Shown here in pieces: positions 1-11,213 of a stretch of DNA of 64,000 nt. The position numbers and the translations under genes are program-made. The stretch is from Euprymna scolopes (taxonomy: Eukaryota). Where the stretch lies: the NCBI GenBank assembly GCA_053919585.1, contig CM132809.1, one strand, 5' to 3'. How positions within the stretch are numbered: the first letter of the stretch is position 1; each line of letters opens with the position of its first letter. The notes under the pieces are model-generated. The model did not search any database. It had not been told where the DNA came from and was given only the letters and a program-made list of their open reading frames with translations.

Positions 1-2219
1 TTCGTCTCTATTATTACATATTTAATTCTCTATTCAATAATACACTTGCCTAATATAAGTAGCAATTTTAGCTGGTTTAAAAATTAACTTAGTTGGCATC
101 AGTTTGAATAGGTTTGCTGACAATTTGCATCTAGTGCTCCAGATGCGCCTCTACCAATATCGCTATTGATGGATGAGTGAGGGAAATTTGATGAAATACC
201 TAAATTAAGGGCATGCAAAAACATATGCCTGCATCGAAACTTCCGATATATGTCTGTACGTGTTAGTCATACATAGAAAGTTTTTACTTGTTATAAAAAA
301 CGCATTGGGTACGAATATACTTTACATTTAAATTTAGGCTTATGTTAAAGAGTCCATGGTTTAAATGTTTACACACCGGCAGACACACTCTAATACATCT
401 ACCTTTTTATGTATATGACCAATCGGGAGCATTATAAAAACACAAAAATACTTTTAGGAAGATGTAGTAAAGGTACATTAGTTTAGATGCACTAGCGAGG
501 GAGGCGCTCGGCTTACCTCGGTCGTAAAGTACGCGTACATATTATGTTTTAATTTGTCCAGATTTCGTATATATTATGATAGCGTCGTTATTTTAAAAGC
601 ATAAATAATAATGCAGGTGATATTAGCTAGAATCGAAATTAGAAGCAAATCTGTAGCATAAAAAACTTATCGCGTTAATACAGTACAAACATGGCATGCT
701 AATATGACTGATTAAAACTGACTTACTACATAAAGTGATAAAAATTAAAAATAAACTTTAAAAAACGTACCAAATGTATAACGATTTTATTTCAATTTTC
801 ATCTATTTTTGACCTATTATTAAATATTTAACCCGGATAAAGGTAGGAAAAAAAAAACGGTCCATAAAAAATTTGAAGTGTGTATATATAGTGTTTAAAT
901 AAATATTTTATCTTCACCTCTCACATCCACGATCGATCATTTTATTTCATTTTCTNNNNNNNNNNNNNNNNNNNNNNNNNNNNNNNNNNNNNNNNNNNNN
1001 NNNNNNNNNNNNNNNNNNNNNNNNNNNNNNNNNNNNNNNNNNNNNNNNNNNNNNNNNNNNNNNNNNNNNNNNNNNNNNNNNNNNNNNNNNNNNNNNNNNN
1101 NNNNNNNNNNNNNNNNATTGTTATTGTTTAATGTACCCCTGCTTGGCTTGAGGGATCATGATCTCATTTTGTATAGCAGTGTAATAAAGAAGTCGAAAGC
1201 TGTTTCTAAAGAGGCATATACCACAAGTTTATGTCAAAGTTCTGACATACTTATTCGCTCGGTTTAAATGTTTTCATAGAATCACAATGTCTCTGTTGTA
1301 TTATTAACAGATATAGCATGTGGTAAAATAGGACAGGTTATAAATTGAAAATTAATACATAATAGTTTTGCACAAGAGACCTTACAATATATTTTACAAT
1401 TTCCTAGACTGTCAAGGTATTTCTTAGGTTGCTCAATATAACCTTCAAATGAGAATAATTGATAGAGTTTACGTTATGTCACATATTTACAAAATTTGTA
1501 ATAATAATTTGTGACTTGTACTATGATAATATGTTACTTTGTAAATCATTTAATTGTATGTTAAACTATTTTGTTCAGTAAATTAATTAAAGCTCTTCTG
1601 AGTCATAATTATTGGAGTTATATTAATATATCAACATTTCTTTCTGTATGTATGGACGTTCTTCATAGAAATAAAACAGTACACTTAGTGCTTAATAAAT
1701 TTTAAAGACGCTGACTGATTTTATATCAAGATTCTAGAGACATCAACCATAGCTAGTATTTTCTCCACACTAAAACTGATGTATATTATAGCATACGACG
1801 CTATAAAACAGAAAAAATATCAGACACTCATACCTTTCGTTTTATCTTAGCTATTCCAACACGAATTATATGCGTTCATCATTTAAAACCGTTTGTTACA
1901 CATTTTTCTGTAAAGTTTGTACTTTCTATCAAGGATAACCTTTACAGGTTGGTGTCATATAAAAACGATTTAGTCGTGACACGATTGATCCGTACGAAAA
2001 GATGAATCTATCTACATAGCCACAAAATCGCTTTCAAACAATTTAGAAGCCGCTATCTTTACTGCCGATTTGACAAAGTCAATATTTCTAAACTCACCTC
2101 GGAAACCTAAGCTCAAAAAAACGAGAATTATAAATGCTTGCAGAAAATTGAGTAGGCCAAAGCGACCTTGGAGCTAGCTTTCTGGAGTCAGACATTAGTT
2201 GAGAAAAAAACCTCAAAAA

Positions 2220-2262
<43 letters not shown>

Positions 2263-2310
2263 CAACAATAAGAAGAAGAAAAAGAAGAAGAAGAAGAAGA
2301 GGAAAAGAAG
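2220..2310. repeat. Compound (TAA)n/(CAA)n/(GAA)n microsatellite
   Basis: Read directly from the sequence. Confidence 0.9.
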
Positions 2311-2716
2311 TCTATATTTTACCATCCAACCAACAATATATTAAGGAAAAGTTATGGTTTGAATAACGGATGCTGTTGCATCTCTGATATATTTTATATC
2401 AGAGTTCGCATTTTATCATGACAAACGTAGAGGATAGAATATGTGCGTTAAAGCACATGGGCATAATAAATCAAAACAACAATATATGAAAATGTATTTC
2501 ACACTCTTAAATTAGATGTAATGCAGCGAGTCTTAGGCGTTATGCAATCTCTATCGTAATTTCTGCTCCAGAAATATGTTTCAGTCAATCGTCGGTAAAA
2601 AATGTAATGGTGAATTATCTGTTGGAAATGCGGAGATTTCCCATCGTTTTCATTGTTCTGTTTTCTATTTCTCATCAATTTTATCTCTCCTTTTCATTGT
2701 CATTCTATCTATCTTA

Positions 2717-2801
<85 letters not shown>

Positions 2802-3577
2802 AGGCGGTAGCACTCTCTATATAGGGATGGCCCGTACACGCCTATATATGCCTACAAAACAAAACTATCCAAATCTCAACTAAAATCAACTTATAAGTTT
2901 CAAAATGCACATATTCTTACAGAGAAGCGTCTTACGAATCCAGCGAGTGTCAGAACGTCGGTTAAAATGTCAAAAGAGAGCAAAAAAAAGGGTACAAAAA
3001 TGGTCAATTCTTCTTCTTTCTTCTTTCTTCTTCTTTCTTCTTTCTGTCAAACTACTGGAAAATAAGGAGGAAAATTTAAATTCTCACGCATGCGCAAAAA
3101 TACACTATAGCAACCATTGTTAAATGCAGCTGAATCTCTTCGCTCGCTAAGAAAAGCAGATCGGATTAGTTCTTCTAAGAACTCACCAAACGCCAAAGGA
3201 AATAAGTTAAATTAACCGCAAAAGAAACTGCAAGAAAGTCATCTTCTAAGAACTCACTGGAAGCTGACCAAAAAGAATCAAAATCCAAGCCCTAGCCACA
3301 AAAATAACTAGATATTGTGGCTACTATACACAATCTACTAATAAAAACAAGTAAGTTTTCTAAAATAAACTACAATAAATTAACCAAGTAACCTCACACT
3401 GTCACTGATTAGGATTCATATAAAGATAACAACTACACTATTGGTGTATATACTGTTCCACATTTTAACTATCGGTGACGGGGCAGTATCTCAATTCTAC
3501 GAGAGTTGTCTTGCTATAAGATAAGTGATATTATAGTAAGATACACATAAGTGTTATATGTTTACATTTAATAAAAA

Positions 3578-4037
3578 ATGCCAAAGTCAGCACGTAGTAA
3601 AAAAGCTCAGAGAAATATAGACTATGAAAAAAAACAAAGTCTACTACAAAGAATACTATCAGAAAAATGCTGAAATAATAAAAATTAAGTATCATGCAAA
3701 TCCTGAGGCAAAGAAGGCTGCCTCACGTGCTGACTCAAAAGCACGGTATAACAGGGATCCCGAGGGGAAAAAACTGCCTCACGTGATCTTTATAACAAAG
3801 AACCAGAAGAAAAGAAGGCTGCCTCACGTGCTTACTCAAAAGCACGGTATAACAGGGATTCCGAGGGAAAAAGCGTCCTCACGTGCTCTTTATAACAAAG
3901 AACCAGAAAAAAAGAAGGCTGCCTCACGTGCTGACACAAAAGCACGGTATAACAGGGATCCCAAGGGGGAAAAACTGCCTCATGCACAAACTATTATAAA
4001 AAGACCTAAAACCCAGCAGGAAGCGACCTGCTACTAA
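3578..4037 (+). pseudogene. Frameshifted ORF of tandem basic repeats (KKAASRADSKARYNRDPEG / KKAASRALYNKEPEE)
   Basis: ATG at 3578 (MPKSARSKK). A unit of about 101 bp starts at 3711, 3812 and 3912. The frame breaks in A/G homopolymer runs. Confidence 0.5.
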
Positions 4038-4126
4038 TGGAGGCGGCAATGAGCCGCCTCCTAAAAAAGACAATACTATCATGAATGTAAGTTTAAAAAT
4101 AAGACTGTAAGTAAAAATACTAATTA

Positions 4127-4429
4127 ACAAGAATAAAAAAAACATTGGAAATGCAAAAGGATATAGGGATGGTATGCCCAAAAGTATACAAACAAGATAG
4201 CTATGAATGGCAAGGCACATGGAAATAGAATTGCATCCAAAGTATAGCCCTATAGCTTTTTACAACCGCAATGAGGGCACGGAATGAAGATTGGAGAAAA
4301 GCTATAGGGCTATACTTTGGATGCAATTCTATTTCCATGTGCCTAGCCATTCATAGCTATCTTGTTTGTATACTTTTTGGCATACCATCCCTATATCCTT
4401 TTGCATTTCCAATGTTTTTTTTTTATTCT

Positions 4430-4432
<3 letters not shown>
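4127..4432. repeat. Near-perfect inverted repeat, arms about 135 bp, spacer about 36 bp
   Basis: 4127-4260 is the reverse complement of 4297-4432 with about 2 mismatches. Confidence 0.95.
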
Positions 4433-4498
<66 letters not shown>

Positions 4499-4633
4499 TG
4501 GATATGACACAGAATAAAAATCTGGTGAAATATGTTGTCCCTTCTATATAATTCTTTTTGTCAACAATAAATTGTTAACTCTTATATATGGGTCTATATT
4601 TTGATTTTCAGAATTTAATGTTAACCACTAAAC

Positions 4634-4713
<80 letters not shown>

Positions 4714-5149
4714 ACATTGAATACTGTATCACATCTCATCAATGCGGTTCGACAAGAAACTACCTCAAGCTGGAATCGAAACATAATTGCTCAAACGACA
4801 TCAAGACTTTGAACCATACGCTATTCAGAATCTGATCTGCGGGTAGAAAAATAAGGATATTTTTACATCGTCCGAATATCTAAGTCCGATTCGTTCACAC
4901 AAACAGCATCGTTTATTCGCTAATGGTTTATCCTATTTACTTCCTGTTTCACTGTATCACTGCTCATCACAAACGCTTTCAACATCAGCCGCAGTAATCA
5001 AGTCGTTATATGACGATTTACGCATATGAGCTAAGTTTTTTTTTAACACATGCATCACCACATTATCAAGGCAAAGATGCCACTCATGGAAAAGGGTTAA
5101 AGAGTATACAGTAATCATTAGTAATGAAAATTCGGTAAATTTTTTAACT

Positions 5150-5730
5150 TATGTGGAACGGCTCATCAAAAACTTATTTTCGTTCGACTTGAAGACACCC
5201 ATATTGTAGTCAGCCGGAAAGCAGAAAAACGAAAGACAATTCCACAGACGTGTAGTTCTAAGAAAGAAGCTTTGTTCATGGAATCTACGTTTAGGTTTAG
5301 GCTCATATAAAGAGTGGGGGGAATTATTGGTAGTGATTTCAGCATAGACGAGTGTTTATTGTGAAAGTTTGGCGAGGGAAGACCATAGACTGATGCTCAG
5401 TTGAACACTTTCCATGAAAATAACGATACGTCAGAAACAAACTCGCAATATTTCTTCTGTGAGCTAGAGGTTGCAGAGAAGAGAAAACGACATCTCTTAC
5501 GAGGCTACGAAGTCTATTTTGAACTCTATCAAGGCAGGGCAAGTCCTTTCTAGCAGCTCCTGCCTACATGTGACAAGAGTATTCCATTCTTGGGCGTACC
5601 TGGCTGTTACATAGATAGAGAATTGCATCAGCAGTGTGATAGCCACTGGATCGATCGAAAGATCCCACAATTTTTCAAGCGGCCATGGCAAGGGATCAAC
5701 GATTAGAAACAAGTTTCTTAAAGGATCGTA
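5150..5730 (-). mobile_element. 3' fragment of a CR1/L2-like (Jockey superclade) LINE
   Basis: Translation LDRVQNRLRSLVRDVVFSSLQPLAHRRNIASLFLTYRYFHGKCS resembles the post-RT C-terminus of these LINEs. Same motifs as 58600-58760. Confidence 0.65.
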
Positions 5731-5762
5731 CATAATTATTTACTATAATTATTAAATACTTA

Positions 5763-5800
5763 CAGACACTAGTGGTTCATCCTTTGAGGAATCATTAGTG
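5763..5800 (-). ncRNA. Degenerate type I hammerhead motif
   Basis: Minus strand reads ca-CTAATGA-TTCC-TCAAA-GGAT-GAACC-ACTAGT-GTC-tg. Two core substitutions. Same family as the 31239-31275 motif. Confidence 0.45.
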
Positions 5801-5893
5801 CAGGGTGTTACTAGACACCGGCAATTTTCCAGACGCCAAATGCACTTCAGATATGAGAGTTTGATTTATGCAGATTATGTATTTAATATTATA

Positions 5894-6350
5894 ATAGCCA
5901 GCGTTGCTCGGGTATTTGGAGCTGTGTGTTTAACAAAAAATAAAAATAATGATAAATAAAAATGACAGTAGGCAGGCAGGCTCGAACCCGGACAGAAAAG
6001 TAGAAAAATAACGCGAAACAAAAAAAAAATCGTGACGTTTTTACGCCCATTGCAAAACTGGAAGGTCCGAAGGTTTGAATTAAAACTAGTCAATCAAAAA
6101 GAGGGTATGCCTATCGAAAATATCGGCAAAAATGCGACCGCTTCTGGTAGAAGTCCTAATTAAAGGGGAAAGAAATAATGTTTTAGCTAATTTTTCCATA
6201 TTTATCTTTTAAGGAGTCGGGTTTCAAAACGATTCCGATTTCCTGAAAATCCGTCCCGTCCGTCGAAGGTTTTAGGCAGACATAAAAACATACATACATC
6301 CATTAATAAATACATACATTTAAACAGAGACGTAATATTTATATTATAGA
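5894..6350 (-). mobile_element. Non-autonomous Helitron-like element
   Basis: Minus strand starts TCTATAATATAAAT, contains (TATG)n, and ends with a CCCGAGCAACGCTGG hairpin-like motif and CTAT. Confidence 0.45.
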
Positions 6351-6398
6351 ATCTAAATATATAATATTTGTTTAAAAAGTAAAACTTAAATAAATTGT

Positions 6399-6478
6399 GC
6401 CCACCACGAAAGAATCGAACCCAAAATGTTTAACTTACAATTTACTTTTTCTCTTGACGTTACTGCCTGAGCTATGAG
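6399..6478 (-). mobile_element. tRNA-derived SINE head
   Basis: Minus strand has A-box TAGCTCAGGCAG and B-box GGTTCGATTC. No intact cloverleaf. Confidence 0.55.
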
Positions 6479-6769
6479 TACATGTTTGCCAAAATACTAA
6501 AAATTAAAAAAAACATAATGCAACACTTCATATGATACGCACGCATATTCGTAACGCCGTCATTTGGCATTCACTTTGAAAATTTCATTTATTAACTGTT
6601 CATAATTTTTCACTGATTTACTCTGCCTAAAAGCTAAACATAAAGTATCGCATGAATTCGAGTATCTTATGTATAAAGTTTAATCTTTGTAGACCAAAAA
6701 CTGACTAGAGAATTATTTAGGAAAAAAAAATCAAACACACACACATTTATGGTGTCTTTTAAATTTAAT

Positions 6770-7135
6770 AAAAAACCCTTCAAAATTTGCTGACGAGGAG
6801 ACCTTGCTTATTAAAAAACTATATGTAATAATTATTGCCCGTAACTTTATGTCTACCACAATAAAAATCATTATTTTACGAAACGATCGTACAGATAATT
6901 GATGTTGTTGTTGTTCCTTCTTATGAAACGGATTTTTAATTTAATTATAATTTGATTTTTAAATTTCAAATTATCAATAAGATTACTTAATATTGAATTA
7001 TCTCTAGGGTATTTACCTATCGAGCTTATTATATATCTAAATAGGGACGAGCACTTTCTCTTTCCTGTATTTTAATTAAACTAGTAGTTTAACTGTTACA
7101 TCGAAATTCCACTCAGCTCTTTAGACTATTGTTCT
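6770..7135 (+). repeat. Dispersed repeat (PLE pLTR-like); second copy at about 34430-34790
   Basis: Colinear shared blocks, e.g. tgtctaccacaataaaa, aaacgatcgtaca, tatttacctatcgag, gctctttagacta. Begins with CTGAYGAG (decayed hammerhead core). Confidence 0.75.
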
Positions 7136-7491
7136 AATCTCTCTCTCTTTCTCTCTCTCTCTATATATATATGTATGTATATATATATATATATAATAGC
7201 ATACGCAAATATATATAGAAAGAGGTGTGTGTTTTCTATTTCTTTTCACACAAATACAACGCAAGAATAAATCCTACAGAATATATTCATAAATACTTGA
7301 CTAAAAATGTTAATTCAATGGGAATACCAAAAAAACAAATAAGTTATTAATGAGACAATATTTACAAGTATATTCAGATTAGCTAGATCTTTACCAGTCG
7401 AATGCAATTCCATGATCAATTTATAATAGAGTTTTATTTTATTTTCTAGTAAATAGAAAAAGCGTTTTAAATATTGAGAGGAATTCACACA

Positions 7492-7579
<88 letters not shown>

Positions 7580-8119
7580 TTATAAGTATGCGGNNNNNNN
7601 NNNNNNNNNNNNNNNNNNNNNNNNNNNNNNNNNNNNNNNNNNNNNNNNNNNNNNNNNNNNNNNNNNNNNNNNNNNNNNNNNNNNNNNNNNNNNNNNNNNN
7701 NNNNNNNNNNNNNNNNNNNNNNNNNNNNNNNNNNNACAAATTTTCATAGTGGCAACACCGGATATGATAATATAAAACACCATTAAAGTAAATTTAAGTA
7801 TGTTCTTTTTTAACATAGTTGTCTTATATCCATTAAAGAACGGTACTGGTTTACCAGAACAAAAGTAATATAACATGGCCTCACGAGGACATATGCTTTT
7901 AACCAACGCTCCGTCCGAAACATTAAAATATCAAGTGTTGCGAACATATAAATTACTTTTTACCAAGGAAAGTACATCTGACACGTGCCTCTCATACCAC
8001 TTTGATTTTTCTGTGATCTTTATGATGAATACATATTATATTGTATACACTTTACACTATTTGGGGCGTCTTTTTTAAAGCGGAAAAAAATCAAATTCAC
8101 AACATATCTTCAACAATGG

Positions 8120-9262
8120 GCCCTTCGTGACTGTAAGTAAGAATTGTTTTTGGGTGAAATAAACTTCAGCTTTTAGTTTTTGAAAAGAAAACAAATAAAC
8201 TTTCCAGATAGAATCGGCACATTTTTGCCCGAAAACGCTATTACACAATTAAACACTTTAATAAAGATAAAGATTATAAACTAAAATGAATATAATATTA
8301 GCACTTGCGTCTAGAAAATAAAAAAAATACAAATCTACAATGTAACTGCTTAAATACCTCCTCTGTGACTGCAGATAAGAATTGATTCTGCTTGAAATAA
8401 AATGCAGCCTTTATTGTTTTTTTTAGAGAAAACGGTCATCCCGTGATATAGCACGTTACTTGGACAAGCATGTTCTTTTGTAAGGTGTGAAATAGGGGGT
8501 TATAGAAGAATGTTTTCCGATCTATTTATGCTCTAATTCAAATGAACTTGGCAGATAGAATAGGCACATTGTGGCTGGATAACACCCATTACACAATTAA
8601 TAAAACACTGAAATATATATAAATATTGAATACTAAAATAAATACGATATTGGCACTTGCATCTAGAAAATTACAAATTACAACTGCTAAAACGTCTTCT
8701 GTGACTGCAAATAAGATTTGATTTTGCTTGAAATACACTTCATTTCTTTTATGAAAGAATACAGTAATCGCGTCATATAGCTCGCTACTTGGAAAGGCAT
8801 GTTCTTTTATAAGTAGAAAAGTATGACAAGGGTGGTAAGAAAACAGAATTTTCGGCTCTGTTATGCTCTATTTAAAATAAAATAGCATTGTTATATTTTT
8901 GCTCGAGAAAACACATTACACAACTAATAAGACAATAAAATAAAGATTAAGCTTAAAAACTGAAAAAAATATAATAGCACTTGCATCAAACAGACAAAAA
9001 TACAAATACACAACTTAATTGCTAAAATACGCCCTAAGTGACTGCAATAAGAAGTGATTTTGCTTGAAAAAGAATCAGAGTTTTCATTTTTAAAGGAAAA
9101 CGGTAATCTTGTGATATAGCTCGCTACTTGGACAAGCCTGTGTTTTTTTTATATGTAGTAAGGTGTTTAAGGGGGAGTGTACGTGAACAGCATTTTTAGA
9201 TTTATTTATGCTCTATTTCAAATTAACTTGCCAGATTAAATCGTCACATTTGTGCATGAGAT
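8120..9262. repeat. Diverged tandem repeat, about 337-bp unit, about 3.5 copies
   Basis: Anchor GTGACTGCA..TAAGAA recurs at 8128, 8365, 8701 and 9038 (first unit internally deleted). Shared GCACTTGCATCTAG, CATTACACAATTAA and CGCTACTTGGA blocks. Confidence 0.85.
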
Positions 9263-9634
9263 ATTAGGGATTCTACCCTTGGATCATAGCTAATGGACAA
9301 AGAATGGATTATTTTAAATTCACTTGCGGCCCAAAAAAGGCAGCATTTTTTTTATTCAACTATTTTTACATTTCGTACTCGGTGATAAGGTTATCCTCTT
9401 TATCAAAACCGAGTATCAAATTGATAACATAATCATATGTTCGCTTTAGAATTATGAAACAAGTTTATTCTGAAAACAAATCGAAATTCTGTTTTTGCTT
9501 TGTCGAATATGGACGTAAAAAGAGTACACAACAACAAAGAGAATAAATGAGAAATAATTGAACATTTAATTCAGTAATACTTGTTCCCAAATAAAGATAT
9601 TATATAAAAGTGACATACATTTAATTGCAATGAG

Positions 9635-9698
<64 letters not shown>

Positions 9699-9702
<4 letters not shown>

Positions 9703-9780
9703 GATTAAGCTACACTGAATATTCTGCGTTTCATCCACTGTAGGATGAAACGCAGAATATTCAGTATAGCTTAATCGCCA
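9699..9780. repeat. 38-bp-arm hairpin centred on a hammerhead-like stem II
   Basis: TGGCGATTAAGC...TTTCATCC-actgta-GGATGAAAC...GCTTAATCGCCA with one mismatch, inserted in (TA)n. Confidence 0.9.
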
Positions 9781-9903
9781 TATATATTTTATAAATAACT
9801 AACTAGCTCTACCTACGTATTGAGCACTTTTGAAGTAAATACTTAAAGTTTACGCATAAATCTATACTTTCGTATATTAAATTTGTGTGAGTAAATGAAG
9901 TAG

Positions 9904-9959
<56 letters not shown>

Positions 9960-9963
<4 letters not shown>

Positions 9964-10660
9964 AAATAAAAAATTACAATTAAATGTACCAAAATGATCC
10001 AAGATGGTAAAAGTAAAGTATATTAATAATGTTAAAGAATTAATATGTGTAAAGGTATCTAAGCCAGATGTAAAAGCTCGATAAAACTAAATAGGAGATT
10101 GAGCTCATAATAAGAGCGCACAGCCAATCAAGCATGTTAAAAAACACGTTGAAAAAGAGTTAAAACCATTTTTAATCTGAAAAAGAACACTTGATAAGTG
10201 GATAATCCTGTATCCCTTATGTCTTGACCGTCGTGTGAAAAGCATATCTTATTTTTCTTTTATTAATATTATTGGAATTTCCCCCTTTTCTTTTCTTTTC
10301 TTTGTGAATTATTCTATGCATTTCGGTCTTTTGGATTATTTTGGACCATCTTCCAATTACCTGTTTTCCTTGGATTTTACTTGTTCAAATGGAAACTCAA
10401 TTAACTTTCTTGGAGTTATATTTTTGGATTTTGCCGTCATTGGAGTATTTACCTTTCACCAGACTAGCCATTCACGTGTACTCACCTTTTTCTTCACCAT
10501 ATTCCCTCTGCTCCACTTTTTGTTATCAAGTAAGATATTTGACTTACTTGTTGTTTCATCAAATTAAGCATTATCGACTTATCAAGTGTTTATTTTTCAG
10601 ATTAAATATGTGTATAACTCTTTTTAAAAGTGTTCTTACCATGTTTTATTAACTGTTTAC

Positions 10661-10665
<5 letters not shown>
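9960..10665. repeat. (TA)n-flanked cassette with diverged inverted ends (probable PLE terminal remnant)
   Basis: About 10120-10206 (aatctgaaaaagaacacttgataagt) is inverted relative to about 10570-10657 (acttatcaagtgtttatttttcagatt). Confidence 0.5.
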
Positions 10666-10740
<75 letters not shown>

Positions 10741-10908
10741 CGACTTGGTCGTCCATTACAAAACCTGGGACGGTAAGAAGTTGAAGTAATCCTGTTTTCT
10801 AACGAGAAACAATCAAATTTCCAAATTCTGGAAACATTTTATTTAAAAAAAAATAGAAATAGAATTTTAATATAAATATTAATCTCCCATAAAAATAAAT
10901 GTATACGA

Positions 10909-11001
<93 letters not shown>

Positions 11002-11213
11002 AGTTCTTTAATATAACTTTTTGTAAATATTCTGTATGGTAATGTTTATATACTGCACACAAGAAATTAAAGTATTTCTCCAAGCGATATTTCCCAGCTC
11101 TAATGCACTTGTTGCACCGTGCAAATATATTTTGTAGTTTGGTTAATAACTCTAATCACAGCCTAGTTAATCTTCTCAACATTTGCATGACGAATATCCT
11201 CTAATGTTTTCCT

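Larger units (their letters stand above)
2796..4432 (+). mobile_element. Putative Helitron/Helentron-like remnant between (TA)n tracts, with a repeat-encoded ORF and terminal palindrome
   Basis: Starts with TC right after (TA)n, followed by hairpin AGAGAG-gcggtagca-CTCTCT and a subterminal (TTC/TTTC)n tract at about 3008-3045. It then carries a Lys/Arg/Tyr-rich repeat ORF. The family assignment is inferred from architecture only. Confidence 0.35.

Noticed and set aside
3711-3990. CRISPR-like regular repeats
   Set aside because: No unique spacers and the context is eukaryotic; this is a coding tandem repeat.
4497-4545. Hammerhead-like CAGA-loop-TCTG-GT-GAAAT-ATGTT-GTC
   Set aside because: The CUGANGA core is missing; at best a dead relic.
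6399-6478. Functional tRNA gene
   Set aside because: Only A/B boxes are retained; no complete cloverleaf. The same applies to the other tRNA-like heads.
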